IMG/VR virus record: IMGVR_UViG_3300032236_001802
Location: 11,753-75,752 of that record
Length of the DNA: 64,000 nt
Strand: one strand, 5' to 3'
Source of the DNA: a virus
The notes below the pieces were generated by a model, which saw only the letters and a program-made list of their open reading frames with translations, ran no database searches and was not told the DNA's origin. The position numbers were made by a program, and so were the translations under genes. Shown here in pieces: positions 36,456 to 48,000 of the stretch. Position 1 is the first letter of the stretch, and the number at the start of each line of letters is the position of its first letter.

Positions 36456-36992
36456 GGTTTGGGTCTTTTGAGAGATCAAAACCCATCCGACCAGAATAAT
36501 CCCGTAGGCGATGGGCACGCGCCCACCCTCGGAAATTGTTGTACTTGGTCCCCCAAAGATTAGCGATCGCCGTCCGTCGCGTTCGGAATCTTTAGGGGAT
36601 TTTACTTTACCGCGCAAAGCGCCCAGCAATAGCGCGGCCCCTGTAATGGCTAAGGTCGTGCTGGTCATGCCCAAAAAACCGACGCCCGCAATCCCCAGCC
36701 CTAGCAGGGCAACGCCTGCAATAATTCTGAATGTGTTCCCCGCCCCTTTTGGGATTGGGGCGATCGTAATCTCGCAGTTTATAGGGATTGGAGCATTAAT
36801 CATTTGCTCTGATACTTCATACCCGTTTACACACACCCTATAGTGCAAGCCACTTTGAGCGGCTTCAATTAGATACCGCTCAAAGTCGCGAAAATTGGCC
36901 CTTAAAGCTGCGATCGCCTCTCCAATGGACTGCACTTTACAATCCACCTCTGGGGCGAACAACTCAGCTAAAGAGCCAAATAACTTAATCAT
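36438..36992 (-). CDS. lambda gpI-like tail assembly protein
   Basis: IKLFGSLAE, EAIAAL-ANF, ITIAPIP-GAG, GGRVPIAYG. Confidence 0.92.
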   Translation of the reverse strand: MIKLFGSLAELFAPEVDCKVQSIGEAIAALRANFRDFERYLIEAAQSGLHYRVCVNGYEVSEQMINAPIPINCEITIAPIPKGAGNTFRIIAGVALLGLGIAGVGFLGMTSTTLAITGAALLLGALRGKVKSPKDSERDGRRSLIFGGPSTTISEGGRVPIAYGIILVGWVLISQKTQTSFQGG

Positions 36993-37322
36993 GCAGCCTT
37001 AACGGGTTTTGATTGGGCAGGAACGGGAAAGCGGATCAGCTTACCTTTCCCTTCAACAATACCGCTAGATCCGTTCATCCCTGCTTGAATAGAAGATTGT
37101 GAATTTGAATTCATGATTGTTTGCCCTACGTAGATTTGACTTTGCATCAGGCTGGAATCTGAGGAATTTCCCCACATCCAACCCAAGTAAAAAGATAGTA
37201 ACACAGCCAAAATAGAGAGGATCTATTGCACAAACAAAAATCGCCCGCCTGAGAAGTCGAGCGATCTGGGTTGCAGTTGAGTAGTTAAACATTCAAGCTT
37301 ACGTTATCAAATAATAACAGAG

Positions 37323-38114
37323 TTAACAGAAAGAAGCGTGTCTAAATAGACAGGCTGTTGCATTTCTTAGCGATGTGTCCAGTGATTCAATCAATGAGTA
37401 CCGCCCTTCACCTAAGTTGTGTAGAATCTGATTCTCTTCGGCATTACTAACGATCGCCAAGTGCCCCGGCTCTGGTGTGCCTATGTTGATTAGCAATACG
37501 TCATGATCCTGGATTGGCGTATCTTTTGGTAATTGCCGGAAACCTTGTTCGCGAATCCTGCCGGGTGTGAACTGATTTAAGCCCAGAGTGTTGCACGTTT
37601 CCAGATCGATTCGAGAGTAATCTCTTAGCGGGATTTGGAGCATCCCGGCATAGTAGGCACGAACCAGGGAAAAGCAATCGCTACGCCCATAAACAAAGCG
37701 CCATAAATTGTAGTATTCAATCTGTCGAGGGCTTTGCAATGCGTTAAGCTCCAACGGGAACGGATGCAGCCCAAACGGATCAAAGTAGTCCCATTGGGCA
37801 AAAATCGTGTGGTAGCAGAGATAGGGGATCCCAACCTCTTTCGAGTTCACTATATCTGCCGAACTGAGTTCAGCGGGGATTCCCTCATCAATGTGACTGT
37901 GATAAATGGCGATCGCCTTTGAGCGATACTGCTCAAACTCGGCCCCCATTTCAAATTCTTTCGAGGGATCTGCTGACTTATTTGCCAATGCAATAACGTC
38001 CCCGTTTTCAAGGATCACCCCACAGGCTTCAGCGTTGTGAACGCTTCTGCACTGGTGAATAACGGCAGTAGCAATGTCATTTGTCAGGGTAAATAGGCGA
38101 TGAGTTAGCAGCAT
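37323..38114 (-). CDS. lambda gpK-like tail assembly protein (JAB + NlpC/P60)
   Basis: EACG, YHSH...LSSADI (JAB); YGRSDCFSLVR...HLAI...ILH (NlpC). Confidence 0.92.
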   Translation of the reverse strand: MLLTHRLFTLTNDIATAVIHQCRSVHNAEACGVILENGDVIALANKSADPSKEFEMGAEFEQYRSKAIAIYHSHIDEGIPAELSSADIVNSKEVGIPYLCYHTIFAQWDYFDPFGLHPFPLELNALQSPRQIEYYNLWRFVYGRSDCFSLVRAYYAGMLQIPLRDYSRIDLETCNTLGLNQFTPGRIREQGFRQLPKDTPIQDHDVLLINIGTPEPGHLAIVSNAEENQILHNLGEGRYSLIESLDTSLRNATACLFRHASFC

Positions 38115-38115
38115 A

Positions 38116-38829
38116 TCAACTCCCGTAATTAAACCGGGCCACATACCCGCGATCGTCTACGTGGGTAAATGTACGGCCAAATCCTAAGCCGCCATCCCAG
38201 ACGGGATCCAAAGTTCGCTGAACCTCATCATCTGGCATCATATCAATGTAAAAATCAACAGCCAGCCCGGTTAGGTGCTGGCTGTTTTCCACGCCTCCCA
38301 CCGCTCGGTTAGATTCGGGATCCCTGTACCAACTGGTTACCCGGATCGGTTGCTCCCCTAGCTCCCGGCGTATGTCCTCCATCCTGTAAGCCATGTGTTC
38401 AATGTTCTGAGTGTGCTTGGCCGTTACCGGGATTCGTTGACCATTCTTAGTGGCTTCTCCCCAGGAGAAGTGCCCGTCTGGGATGATTGGAGAATCAAGC
38501 TCTACCGGGCTGGACTTACCCGGCAAAATGATTTGTCCCGGTTTGGGTGGGCCAATTGGTGGCTCTTTAGCATCCAAGTGAATTGGGTGATCATCTTCAG
38601 ACAGTAATTCAACGTGCTCGGTAAAAACAAACCAGCTTAGTCGCCCGCTAAATGGTTGAACCAGGGTGATCAGAAGATGCTTGTCTGATGCAGGTTGAAC
38701 GCTCCGCAACTCAAACTCTTTTGGTCCCCCACCCTCCGGATTAACCGAAACTTTTTGACTGGCATCGAGCCTAGAACTGGGAATTGCGGCCTTTTTGAAA
38801 ATGGTACTCTCTTTGACTAACAGCTTCAT
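38116..38829 (-). CDS. peptidase M15A-family endolysin
   Basis: VTSWYR...NRAVGGVENSQHLTGLAVD...GLG...FTHVD-RG. Confidence 0.88.
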   Translation of the reverse strand: MKLLVKESTIFKKAAIPSSRLDASQKVSVNPEGGGPKEFELRSVQPASDKHLLITLVQPFSGRLSWFVFTEHVELLSEDDHPIHLDAKEPPIGPPKPGQIILPGKSSPVELDSPIIPDGHFSWGEATKNGQRIPVTAKHTQNIEHMAYRMEDIRRELGEQPIRVTSWYRDPESNRAVGGVENSQHLTGLAVDFYIDMMPDDEVQRTLDPVWDGGLGFGRTFTHVDDRGYVARFNYGS

Positions 38830-39100
38830 GGTGCCTCTGAAGATTTAAGGTACAGCCGATCATGCAAACCTCGCGAACATCATAGAGCGGACTTGCCCTT
38901 TGGAACGCGATCGCCGCCGCCTCTGATTCAAAAAATGTTGCCGCCGATAGGTTGTCGTAAGGATCCTTGCGATCATGCCGGAACCGCCCCTTACCAGTGG
39001 TGTTCCAATATCGAAAGCAGTGTTTTAACATTGGTTTGCGATCGTCCGGGATCGCACCCTTGCGGTATAGGAAATATAGTTCTTTCGTCATAGACTCCAA
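38771..39100 (-). CDS. hypothetical protein
   Basis: Operon packing. Confidence 0.5.
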   Translation of the reverse strand: MESMTKELYFLYRKGAIPDDRKPMLKHCFRYWNTTGKGRFRHDRKDPYDNLSAATFFESEAAAIAFQRASPLYDVREVCMIGCTLNLQRHHEAVSQREYHFQKGRNSQF

Positions 39101-39267
39101 ACGGTTTTGCTACTGCCCAGGCTGATCCAGCTCTGCGGATATACCGATCCAAGACTAACAGAATTGGCTTTTGGAGCAGTGTTATTGACCTCAGGATCTA
39201 TCGGTGGACTGGAACCACCATCGCCCGCCAATCCGCCCAATCCTTTTAATCCCGATAAACCCTTCAT
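39088..39267 (-). CDS. 59-aa Gly-rich protein sharing its C-terminus with 39591..40034
   Basis: MKGLSGLKGLGGLAG...ANSVSLGSVYPQSWISLGSSKTVWSL; ATGA-coupled to the upstream gene. Confidence 0.55.
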   Translation of the reverse strand: MKGLSGLKGLGGLAGDGGSSPPIDPEVNNTAPKANSVSLGSVYPQSWISLGSSKTVWSL

Positions 39268-39587
39268 CTTGGCACCAACCTTACCCCGATATTTAGGTAT
39301 CCAGTAATCCCCGGCCCGCCCGCTGGTAGGGTAATCGTTAGCGGCTCCCCTGCTGCATACGCCATCCACCATGGCATTGGCGCTGGCCCCGCAGCAGTAC
39401 AGGGGACAGGAGATGTTATTATGCCGTCTGAAATTGTCAGAACTTTAGGCTCGACAGGATTGGCATCATAGGCGGCATGGATCGTTGTTATCAGCCATCG
39501 CTGAGATCTAGATGGTCTGGGCAAGTTCAAGACTATCTCTGTGTCAGGTTCTTCAGAGTTTCCTGTATAAGCAATACCGTAATTCAT
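39264..39587 (-). CDS. hypothetical structural protein
   Basis: Beta-rich, in the tail operon. Confidence 0.6.
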   Translation of the reverse strand: MNYGIAYTGNSEEPDTEIVLNLPRPSRSQRWLITTIHAAYDANPVEPKVLTISDGIITSPVPCTAAGPAPMPWWMAYAAGEPLTITLPAGGPGITGYLNIGVRLVPR

Positions 39588-39590
39588 AGA

Positions 39591-40034
39591 TCACAAACTC
39601 CAAACGCTGTCATCCCCGCCCAAGCTTGCCCAGCTCTGCGGATATAGCGATCCAAGGCTAACAGAGTTGGCATCTGGAGAAATATCATTACTGAGCATAT
39701 TTAATCGGCGTATATCGCCAGAACAGACCCACAGTCCCGGCCCCGGCTGCTCCCATGCCCATTTTTTCATGTTGTATAGCGTGTCTGGTGTATCCAGCAT
39801 CCGATTGTAATCGCGTAGCCGAAACGGCTTACCCCGGCGCTCTCTCAGGAATGCATCGACAGCGCTATAAAACCGGGTTGTAAAGCGTACCGAAATCGTT
39901 TCTGATACTGGGTAAAGGTTTAGATTCTCGCGATCGTCTACGCCCAGCTCAAAGCGGCTAATCGTGGGATCTGTGCTGAACTTGTGTTCAGTGTCCCATA
40001 CGAAAACTGGCTCAATTAGGATCGGGTATCGCAT
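39591..40034 (-). CDS. gpM-like minor tail protein, second copy
   Basis: VDAFLRERRGKPF...KWAW; follows the gpM paralogue. Confidence 0.6.
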   Translation of the reverse strand: MRYPILIEPVFVWDTEHKFSTDPTISRFELGVDDRENLNLYPVSETISVRFTTRFYSAVDAFLRERRGKPFRLRDYNRMLDTPDTLYNMKKWAWEQPGPGLWVCSGDIRRLNMLSNDISPDANSVSLGSLYPQSWASLGGDDSVWSL

Positions 40035-40043
40035 GGCTAACCT

Positions 40044-40385
40044 TTAACCTTGGGGATTCTCAAACGTGGCCCTCAACCTGTACCATCCGGGGCCAATTTT
40101 TGAGATACTCCACTCCACACAATAATAAGTTCGGCGTGGTAATTCTCCCGTGGGACTCCACTCAAACCGCCCTGCCCCGGCAAGCTGCTGAAAAACATCC
40201 TGAAGCTGTTGCGCTTCCAACGGATTGAGCGCCGCTGATTCGATATTCCAGCGCTCTGTGAGGGATTGCAACCCGATCGGCATGATCAGATCGTAATTAT
40301 CGCCTAGCGTTACTTCAGCGATCGCGGCCTCAACTTCTTCTGGTACTGCCCACCTTGGAGGCAGGGTAAGGATAGGAGTCGTCAT
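40044..40385 (-). CDS. lambda gpM-like minor tail protein
   Basis: LGDNY...GL...W...FEWSP...YYCVEWS...LRATFE. Confidence 0.85.
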   Translation of the reverse strand: MTTPILTLPPRWAVPEEVEAAIAEVTLGDNYDLIMPIGLQSLTERWNIESAALNPLEAQQLQDVFQQLAGAGRFEWSPTGELPRRTYYCVEWSISKIGPGWYRLRATFENPQG

Positions 40386-40409
40386 CTGGGGATTTCCTTG
40401 GATTAATTG

Positions 40410-40441
40410 TTCTCACCCATCTATAAAGCAATGGGTGAGAA
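40410..40441. repeat. TTCTCACCC-N14-GGGTGAGAA palindrome, copy 3
   Basis: ttctcaccc atctataaagcaat gggtgagaa, just downstream of a stop. Confidence 0.8.
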
Positions 40442-40444
40442 GCT

Positions 40445-41152
40445 TTACCAAATCGTGTAGACAGTGAATTTGCCAGACTCCAGTGTATGCACCCGCCCTA
40501 GGCCGTCTGAGACGGTGAGGGCGTACACAAAGGCGGTTTCCCCCACCGGCAGGGTGTTTGTATCGCTGGGATTGATGGAAAAATCAGCCGTAAATGTTTC
40601 CACCAGCGATCGCGTATCCTGCGATGTTTCGGTCTGATTCATTGCGCCGCCAGCTTTTTCGATGTCCGGTCCCTCAGAAGTGGATCCCACCTTAAAGGCT
40701 TGAAAGGTTGGGGTAAGCCCGTCAAGCCGCTGCCCCCTCACCTTGACCTGAACAGGAATCAAATCGCCGCGAACAAACCGCGCGCCGTTCAATCCCGATG
40801 CAACAAAGTTCGGGTTAGTGAGTGAGTTTAGGGACGTTAGCGATAGGTTGCCCTGTGGCGGTGCCGTTGGGATTGCATTCAGAAAGAACTGAATTGCCGT
40901 CTTGGTATGCGCCCAGCCCTGGGCTGGCAGAAGTTTTGATCGCCGTTTTAGATCGACCACCGCCCCCGCCGCAGTCTTTGCAGCGATCTCTGTAGATCGA
41001 ACCAAACCGATTAATGAAATGTTGAGTTTTGCCTGCGCTAAGGATTGCCCCGGCGTTCGCACGTTCCCCATTGACCGTGCCAATCCAACAACATCCAGCC
41101 CTGTTTCTGTAGAGCTTTCCCCCGTAACCGCTCCAAATGCCAATCTAGCCAT
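40445..41152 (-). CDS. tail-associated structural protein
   Basis: C-terminal Ig/BppU-like pattern RGD...DT-TL...Y-L...G-V-TL--G-FTV. Confidence 0.6.
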   Translation of the reverse strand: MARLAFGAVTGESSTETGLDVVGLARSMGNVRTPGQSLAQAKLNISLIGLVRSTEIAAKTAAGAVVDLKRRSKLLPAQGWAHTKTAIQFFLNAIPTAPPQGNLSLTSLNSLTNPNFVASGLNGARFVRGDLIPVQVKVRGQRLDGLTPTFQAFKVGSTSEGPDIEKAGGAMNQTETSQDTRSLVETFTADFSINPSDTNTLPVGETAFVYALTVSDGLGRVHTLESGKFTVYTIW

Positions 41153-41176
41153 ATTTCATCCCTCGTAATGTGTGTG

Positions 41177-41210
41177 GTGTGATCACAATCAGAGGCGATC
41201 GTGATCACAC
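41177..41210. terminator. intergenic inverted repeat
   Basis: gtgtgatcac-N14-gtgatcacac just downstream of the 41221 stop. Confidence 0.5.
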
Positions 41211-41220
41211 GCGATCGCCT

Positions 41221-42024
41221 TTAATCCAACAGTAGATCTAAACTGCCGCTTGGCAGGTAAGGGGTGATTCCTGCATCAATCACTCGGTTCGGAGTGGATG
41301 CAAACCCGATATAAGTTCCGCCCGTGGCCGCCGTCCAGAACGATAAGCCCACCGCCGTACCCTGATTCCCTGTAGCTTCTGGCCAAGTGAGTTCCAGAGC
41401 GTTTGTCTTGTTGCCCGTGGCGGCTGGGGCAAACATCCCCGTATTGTTGGAAACCTGAACCCGTGCATAGCCGTTTCCGGTTGGCTCGGTGCCCCCGGCA
41501 GTGTTGCTACTGGCAGAAGTCGTGTAACCAATATGCATAGTCGGAATTGTGTTCATGGCCACCCCCCCGAACAGGTTGTTCAGGAGCTGGTTTTTGATCA
41601 GGTTACTAAACAGCCCCGGCCCAATCTCGATCGTTAGCGCCCCCGCTGGCACCCTCATGGCATCCCCAGTTTCTACCAACTTGGGAGCGGGTAGAGGGAA
41701 GTAGAACCAGGGGTTCCCGTTAACTGGGGAGTCAAATAAAACAACTGATTGCACTAGGCCGTGATTGGCCTCAGCCGTGCGCCATAGAATATCGTTCTCT
41801 GTGGTTTTGATCTGGGTTGTTGTCACTGGGAAGTTGCCCACCGTATTGGGAATCGCCTTCCTTTCGTAGCCCGCGCCGCCCGGTTCTGCCCCCGGAGCCG
41901 CCGCCGTGGATGTGCCCACCGAATACGCTGCATACCAAGTAGATGGGACATTCATTGGAACGCCCCCAAACATAAAATTCATGATCTGGCTTGCGCCGTA
42001 GTTTGTGATCTTGCCGGTTGTCAT
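41221..42024 (-). CDS. tail fibre-like protein with two tandem homologous domains
   Basis: GAEPGGAGYER / GTEPTGNGYAR and W-TAEANHG / WPEATGNQG repeats. Confidence 0.7.
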   Translation of the reverse strand: MTTGKITNYGASQIMNFMFGGVPMNVPSTWYAAYSVGTSTAAAPGAEPGGAGYERKAIPNTVGNFPVTTTQIKTTENDILWRTAEANHGLVQSVVLFDSPVNGNPWFYFPLPAPKLVETGDAMRVPAGALTIEIGPGLFSNLIKNQLLNNLFGGVAMNTIPTMHIGYTTSASSNTAGGTEPTGNGYARVQVSNNTGMFAPAATGNKTNALELTWPEATGNQGTAVGLSFWTAATGGTYIGFASTPNRVIDAGITPYLPSGSLDLLLD

Positions 42025-42035
42025 CGCCTTTACCT

Positions 42036-45000
42036 CTATTGATTGAGCCTACCGTTCGGTCTTTGTTGTCTGCGTAATTCTTCAAGCACCGATGCCCGCA
42101 CCGCATCTCGCAGCTTGGGCATGTTGATTGAAGGCTTCTCCTGAGAGGATCCTGCATTGATCTGGATGGGCACCGATACCGATGTACCACCAATGGATCC
42201 GCCGCTAGGGACGGCGATCGGGAAGTTCCCCCGAACGATTCCCCCCTCAGAAAATCTTTGGATGCGATCGCCCTTATGGGCTGCTCCAAGCGCATACCCT
42301 GCCCGCGACTGCATCGCCAAATAGCTCCGGGTTTGGGATCGGGTAAGCACCATTTCCCCCGGCGTTAGCGTGGCGAGAACTGAGTCCGGCCCTTCGCGCC
42401 GCAGGGCATAGCCAATCTCATCCGGGCGATCGCGTAGCCGTTGGTGCCCAGGGTGGCCCGGTACGATACCGCCATCGGCAAAACCAAACAACCCGCCCAG
42501 CAGTCCCCCGATACCGCCGCCCCCACCACCGCCGCCAAATAGCCCACCACCGCCCCCGCCGCCCATACCGAACAGATTGCCAAACAATTGCTCTGTGATT
42601 AGTTGCGCGGCCAGGTTGGCAAGGCTATTCAAAACGTTGTCGATCATTTTGGAGAAAGCGTCTTCAATGCTTTCGTTCCCCGTGATCACATCTCCTAAAA
42701 ACCCTTGGAACGCGCCTTTGACACCCTTTAACGCTTCGGTCATTGGGTTAAATTGTGCGTTGATGTTTTGCAGATTCACCGCATTGAGTTCAGTGAGATT
42801 GTTCCGCAGTTGGGCCACAATATCCGGCGCTGCCCCGACATCCTTTGCCCACTGGTCAATCTCGCGCATCCCCTGCTGAAGGGAATAGTTTTCGCGGGCG
42901 ATCGCACCCTCTTTCTCGTATTGATTGGCCTGATACTCAAATCCCATCGTTCGGGCATAGTTACCCTTGGCATCGTTGATCGACATTCGGGATTCAAACA
43001 CCTTGGAATCCTCCTGCCACTTCATTTCACTCTGCTGCTTCCTCAGCTCCTCGGTCTGGGCCTCAAGCTGGCTTTGAAGATTGCTCAAGTCAATTTGGGA
43101 CAGTCGCTCATACTCTGCCCTGAGCGCCGCCGCCTGCTCCGTTGTTCGCTCACCCTTGCGAACCTGCTCGTCTAAGGCCATCCCCAATTGAGCGATCTGG
43201 TTTTGGGCATTCCTCTGATCCGCTTGGAATCCCAACTGAAGCGCCCTTTGTTGCAGCTCAAACCGTTGATCGCGTGTAGTGCCAGGGCGTTGGGCCTGGT
43301 TCTGGGCCTGTTGGGCCTCAGCCCTCAACACTTCGATCTGTTTGCCCCCTAGCTCCTGCTCAAATGCAAATTTTCGAGCGGCATTGGCCTGCTCATACTT
43401 TTGGCGGATGTCCGTCAATCGTTTCAACGCCTCATCATCAATATTCCCGCTCAGGGCATCTAGTTTGGCGTTTTGGTCCTGCAACAACGAGATCTGTTTA
43501 TCCAACTCTGGAACAAACTTTTTCAGCTCATCAGGTAACCCCTCACCCTTCAGCGTATCCCGAATGCTAAGCGCATCCGCCAGGGCTGATTTTACCTTCT
43601 CTGATTCATCGCTTACCTTTTCCCGAAACTCGCGATACTCCCGTTCAGCTTGGGTTAACTCCTGTTGGAATTGCTTGTCCGGAGTGCTTTCCCCAATCTG
43701 CGATCGCATATCGCCAAACTGTTCCATCAGGCTCCGGGTGGATCGGGACTGGTCCCGACCTGCAACCTGCAACTGCCGCTCCGCCTTTCTAGCCGCCCGT
43801 GCGGCATCCAACCGGGCACCCGCCCCCATCGCCCTAGCTCTGGCCTCAATGTCGGCAATCTCCTGCCGTGATGTTTGATCGGCCAAACTGGCTGCATCCC
43901 CTAAGCGCCCCTGTAAAGGCTGTGAGGGTGCCCCCCTACTGATTTGACCGTCAGGGAACAGCATCCTTGCCTTATTAGCGTATTTTGACCCAACCTCATA
44001 AGGCCGGAGGACCATTCTCGCGAAGGATGTGGATGCATCTGCCACAGATTGATTCTGCGATCGCTTTTTCCACTCTGCGAACTGGTAATCAGTCATGATG
44101 GCGCGCGTGTTTTTGGCCGGATCGTAGTAATCCTTGACTGATTTGATTCCGCCTTTTCCAATCCAAGTCCCCGGCCTGCCGGGTTCATCGGTTAACTGAA
44201 ACAACCCCTTACCGCCATATCCGCCCACCTCATCTTTAGCCATACCCAGGGTCGATTCCTGCATCGCACTAGCCATCATGGCGGCAATTTGATTGTCTTT
44301 CAATCCAGCCTTTCGGCCCTCGGCTTCAATGATTGCGGCGTATGCCCGCTGTTTGGGGTTGACGCCCTTAGGGATGATTGAGCCGCCAGTTTGAACCCTG
44401 GGCAGACTGGTGAACCCTTTTGTTGGATTGATGGTATTGCCCGCCTGTGCAATCTGCTTGGTTAATTGATTGCCATCCAGGAATTGAAACTGTGATGCGC
44501 CCGACTTTCTCAATTCGGCTTGGAACCTATTGAAATCAGCTTCGGTTTTGAACACGATGCACCCTGCACTGCCGGGAGCCGTAGCGCGGTTGGCGTCGGT
44601 GTGGAATCCGATCGCGGATCTCTCCGTGTTAAACGTTGGATTTACACCGATGAATGTTTTGCCCACACCAGGTAAGCCAGAGGCGATCGGTGCCCCGATA
44701 TTGTAAGTCCCATACTCGACTGGAGCCATTGACCCCGATCGCGTAGTTCCACCTTTACCGAATTGATTCTGCGTTGTGGCCTGTCCAGAGTTCACGGTGT
44801 GTTCAGAAACCGCTTTCCCAGACCGATCAAATACCACTAGCTTCAGGTTCTCTAGTCCATATTCATCCTTGATCCCCGTGCGCTGCATGACCACTTTCCC
44901 GGCAAAATTCTTGCTGGTGACACCTGTTATCCCACTTGCACTACTGCTCCCCTCTGCCCCGGTTGGCAGTTGCCCGCCCAACTCCGTGGCCTGCTTTAAG

Positions 45001-48000
45001 GTGTCCTGTAACTGCTGCTGCTTGCCCATGATTTCCCGTTGTGCGGCGATCGCCTGCTCAAACGGTTGGCTCAATGAATCAATCAGCCCGATCAAACTAT
45101 CAACAAACTCACTGATATAGTTATCCTGAAACCCTTTCAGCGCAGACTTTAGGCGGTTCTTAGCGTTAGCGTTAGCGATCTGATTGCGGATCTCTTTCGA
45201 GCTAAGCGCCGCCTCTTGAGCCTGCCGCTGGATACCCTGGTAGAACTCCTCAACTTGCTTAGCCAGATCGCGCATCCGCCGCATTGCCGATACTTGTGCC
45301 TCGGCAAGGTCTGCTTCAAATCCCGACACCTGCCCTTCCAGTTGTTGCAGATCAGCCAGCTTGGCCAGAAGGGCTTTGTCCCGTGGCCCCGTAGCGCGAT
45401 CGCTGAGTGTTTTTAGCTCTGCGGTCCCGGTCTGATTCGTAATGTTGTAGTTCTTCTGGATGGTTGCAATATCCTGCACATTCATCTCAGAGCGCATCTG
45501 GGCGATCGCCTGCCGGTTGAGTTTAATCTTCTCGGCGAGTTGATCTTGCTGCAATAGCTCGGTTCTCCGTGCGCTTTCACCCTGGGAGCCGCCCGCTAGT
45601 TCTGATTCGGCGATCGCCTTACGGGTTACGTTTCCAGTTTTTTCAAGGGCGGAAGTAGCATCCTCCAACTTGTCCACGATGCCCGCCCATGCCCGCTCAA
45701 ACGCGGCCAAACCGTTCACCGAACTTGCCATAGCCTGAGTGAGGGCTTCTTGATCCTTCTGCGCTCCGGCTAGAGCGGTTTGGAATTGCACTAACCGGAC
45801 GTTGTATTCATCCTGGGTAATCTTGCCCTCTTGAGCCAAATCTCCCAGACTCTTGATCGCGTTCTTATAGGTTTCAATTTCCGCCGCGTTAGCCTGCTGT
45901 AATGCGGCCACAGGCTTTACTAAAGCCTCCCGCTTACCCAATAGTGCATCTTCCTGGGATTTGAGCGCTCTGGCACCCTCTTTGTCGTTGGGATTAGTAA
46001 CCGCCAGCCCCCGCCGCCGCCCCTGGATCTCCTGGATCTGGCGATCAATATCCTTCACCTGATTGAGTTGGGACTGAGCGCCCTTCAATTGCTGGGTAAC
46101 CCGATAGTGCATCTCCATTCGGGATCCGGCCAAATCGTCCATGGCGATACTGCGATCGTCCGCTTGATTCTGGGCAAAGGTCCGCCCACCGAATAAGCCC
46201 TGTACGCCGCGCTCCATATTCCCGATCGCCTTCTTAGCCCCCTCCCCACCAATAAAGCCAGCCACACCCCCAAGGAACGTGCCCTCAAGTAGCGAATCCC
46301 CCTTCAAACCGCTGGCATTCTTCGGCATGGAGTCCATAAAATCGCGTTGGGCAACCCTCGCCTCAATCAGTGCAGATGTGTAATCCTTCAGCCCGCTCTG
46401 TGCCGCCGTTGCAAACTCTCGGAACTGCCCGCCCTGGTCGCTCAGGGATTTGCCCACCATACCAAGCATGTCAATGACCGTTTGCACGATCATAAACTTG
46501 GCAAGGAACGCGCCGATGATTGGTGCGAACTTGGCAATCATCGCCATCAGCGATCCAAATGCTTTGCTTAGGGATGGGAGAAGAGTACCCGCCGCCGCAA
46601 AGGATGCAAGGAATTTCCCGGCAAACATTAGGGCGACGGCAGGAAGCGTCTTTAACAGGATAGATAGAACTCCGATAAGTAGCTCAATCCCGCCCACTGC
46701 AACATCTGCGCCGATTTTATTAAGTTGCAAGATGAATTGCCCCATCGTTGCCTGCAATTCAAAAATTACGTTATTTAATCGATTGAGCGATGCTTGCGCC
46801 GATTTTGATGCAGCGGCAACACCAACAGAGCTTTCTGCTCCTAATTGTTGGGCAAACTTGGGTAGAAATTCAGAGGATAATACCTCTCCCCGTTCTACCA
46901 TTTTTGAAAACTCAGAGGTTGTCATTCCCATCGATCGCGCTGCAATATTTAGCGCCCCCGGCAGACTGTCCCCAAGTTGTTGACGTAGTTCTTCCATGCT
47001 TACGACGCCTTTTGAAGCCAGTTGCGAAAGTGCTTCAAACACTAGCTTCTGCCGCTCTGGAGACAGTTGATAATTAGCCGTAGCCTGAGATACGTTTTTG
47101 AAAATCGATAACGATTGATCGCCTTCCAGCGAAGTATCTTTCGTGCTTGCAGAGAACTGGGCATAACCTTCAATCGAAGCTCTTAAATCCGTTCCTAATC
47201 GTTTAGCTTCACTCCTCAGTGAAGCCATAACTTCAGCGCCCCGACTTGCCCCACCACTTGTAAAGGTGATGGTCCGGTTGAATCGGTCCATATCTAGCGC
47301 GGCTTGCTTACAGGCTTCCCCGATTTGCTGAAGAATTGGGACAATTACTGCCGCGCCGCCCAACCCCAACAGGGAAGACATTGCCAGCCCAAACGCCCCA
47401 GGGATTTTCATGAACGTGCCAATCATCGACTGGATCCGTTCTTTGGCCATGTCGATAAACCCGCCAGCGGCAACTAGCCGCTTAATCCGTGCGGCGATCG
47501 ATTCTGGCTGGTTCATATCTGGGAGATTCACAGATTGATTGAAGCGCTGATTTACATTAGATTCAGCGCGTTCAAATCGGTTGTAATTCTTACCAAAGCT
47601 GGCTTCTGCCTGATATGCCTTAGCTTCTGCCTCTGGATCTGGTTTTGCGTTAAGTTCGCGGATCCGGTTTACGGCTGAAGAGATAGCTTCATCTATTCCG
47701 CCGAATGCGAACTGCACATCCTGTGCCGCTGAATCCAACCCAGAGAACTCAGCCAGAACCTGATTGACTTGCTCTTGCAAACCCATGGAGGAATACTGCC
47801 GTGTTTCCCCGCTGCTAAATTGTTGACGTGCTTCCACAATGCGAGGGGCGATCGCCGCTGCTGCTGCTGCCCCCTTACCTGGTACCGCCGCTAGAACTGG
47901 GCTGATACTGTTGAGGATTTGATCGACAGCCATAGCGATCGCAGATCCAGCGACATCCCCGGTTAGCCCATTCCCCATCTCAGATTCTAGGGCTTGCAGC

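Noticed and set aside
36989-37292. Small ORFs between gpK and gpI as a holin
   Set aside because: Start codons are uncertain and there is only one short hydrophobic stretch; not enough support.
39088-39671. Duplicated segment as a DGR template/variable repeat pair
   Set aside because: Differences are not confined to adenines and no reverse transcriptase is in the window.
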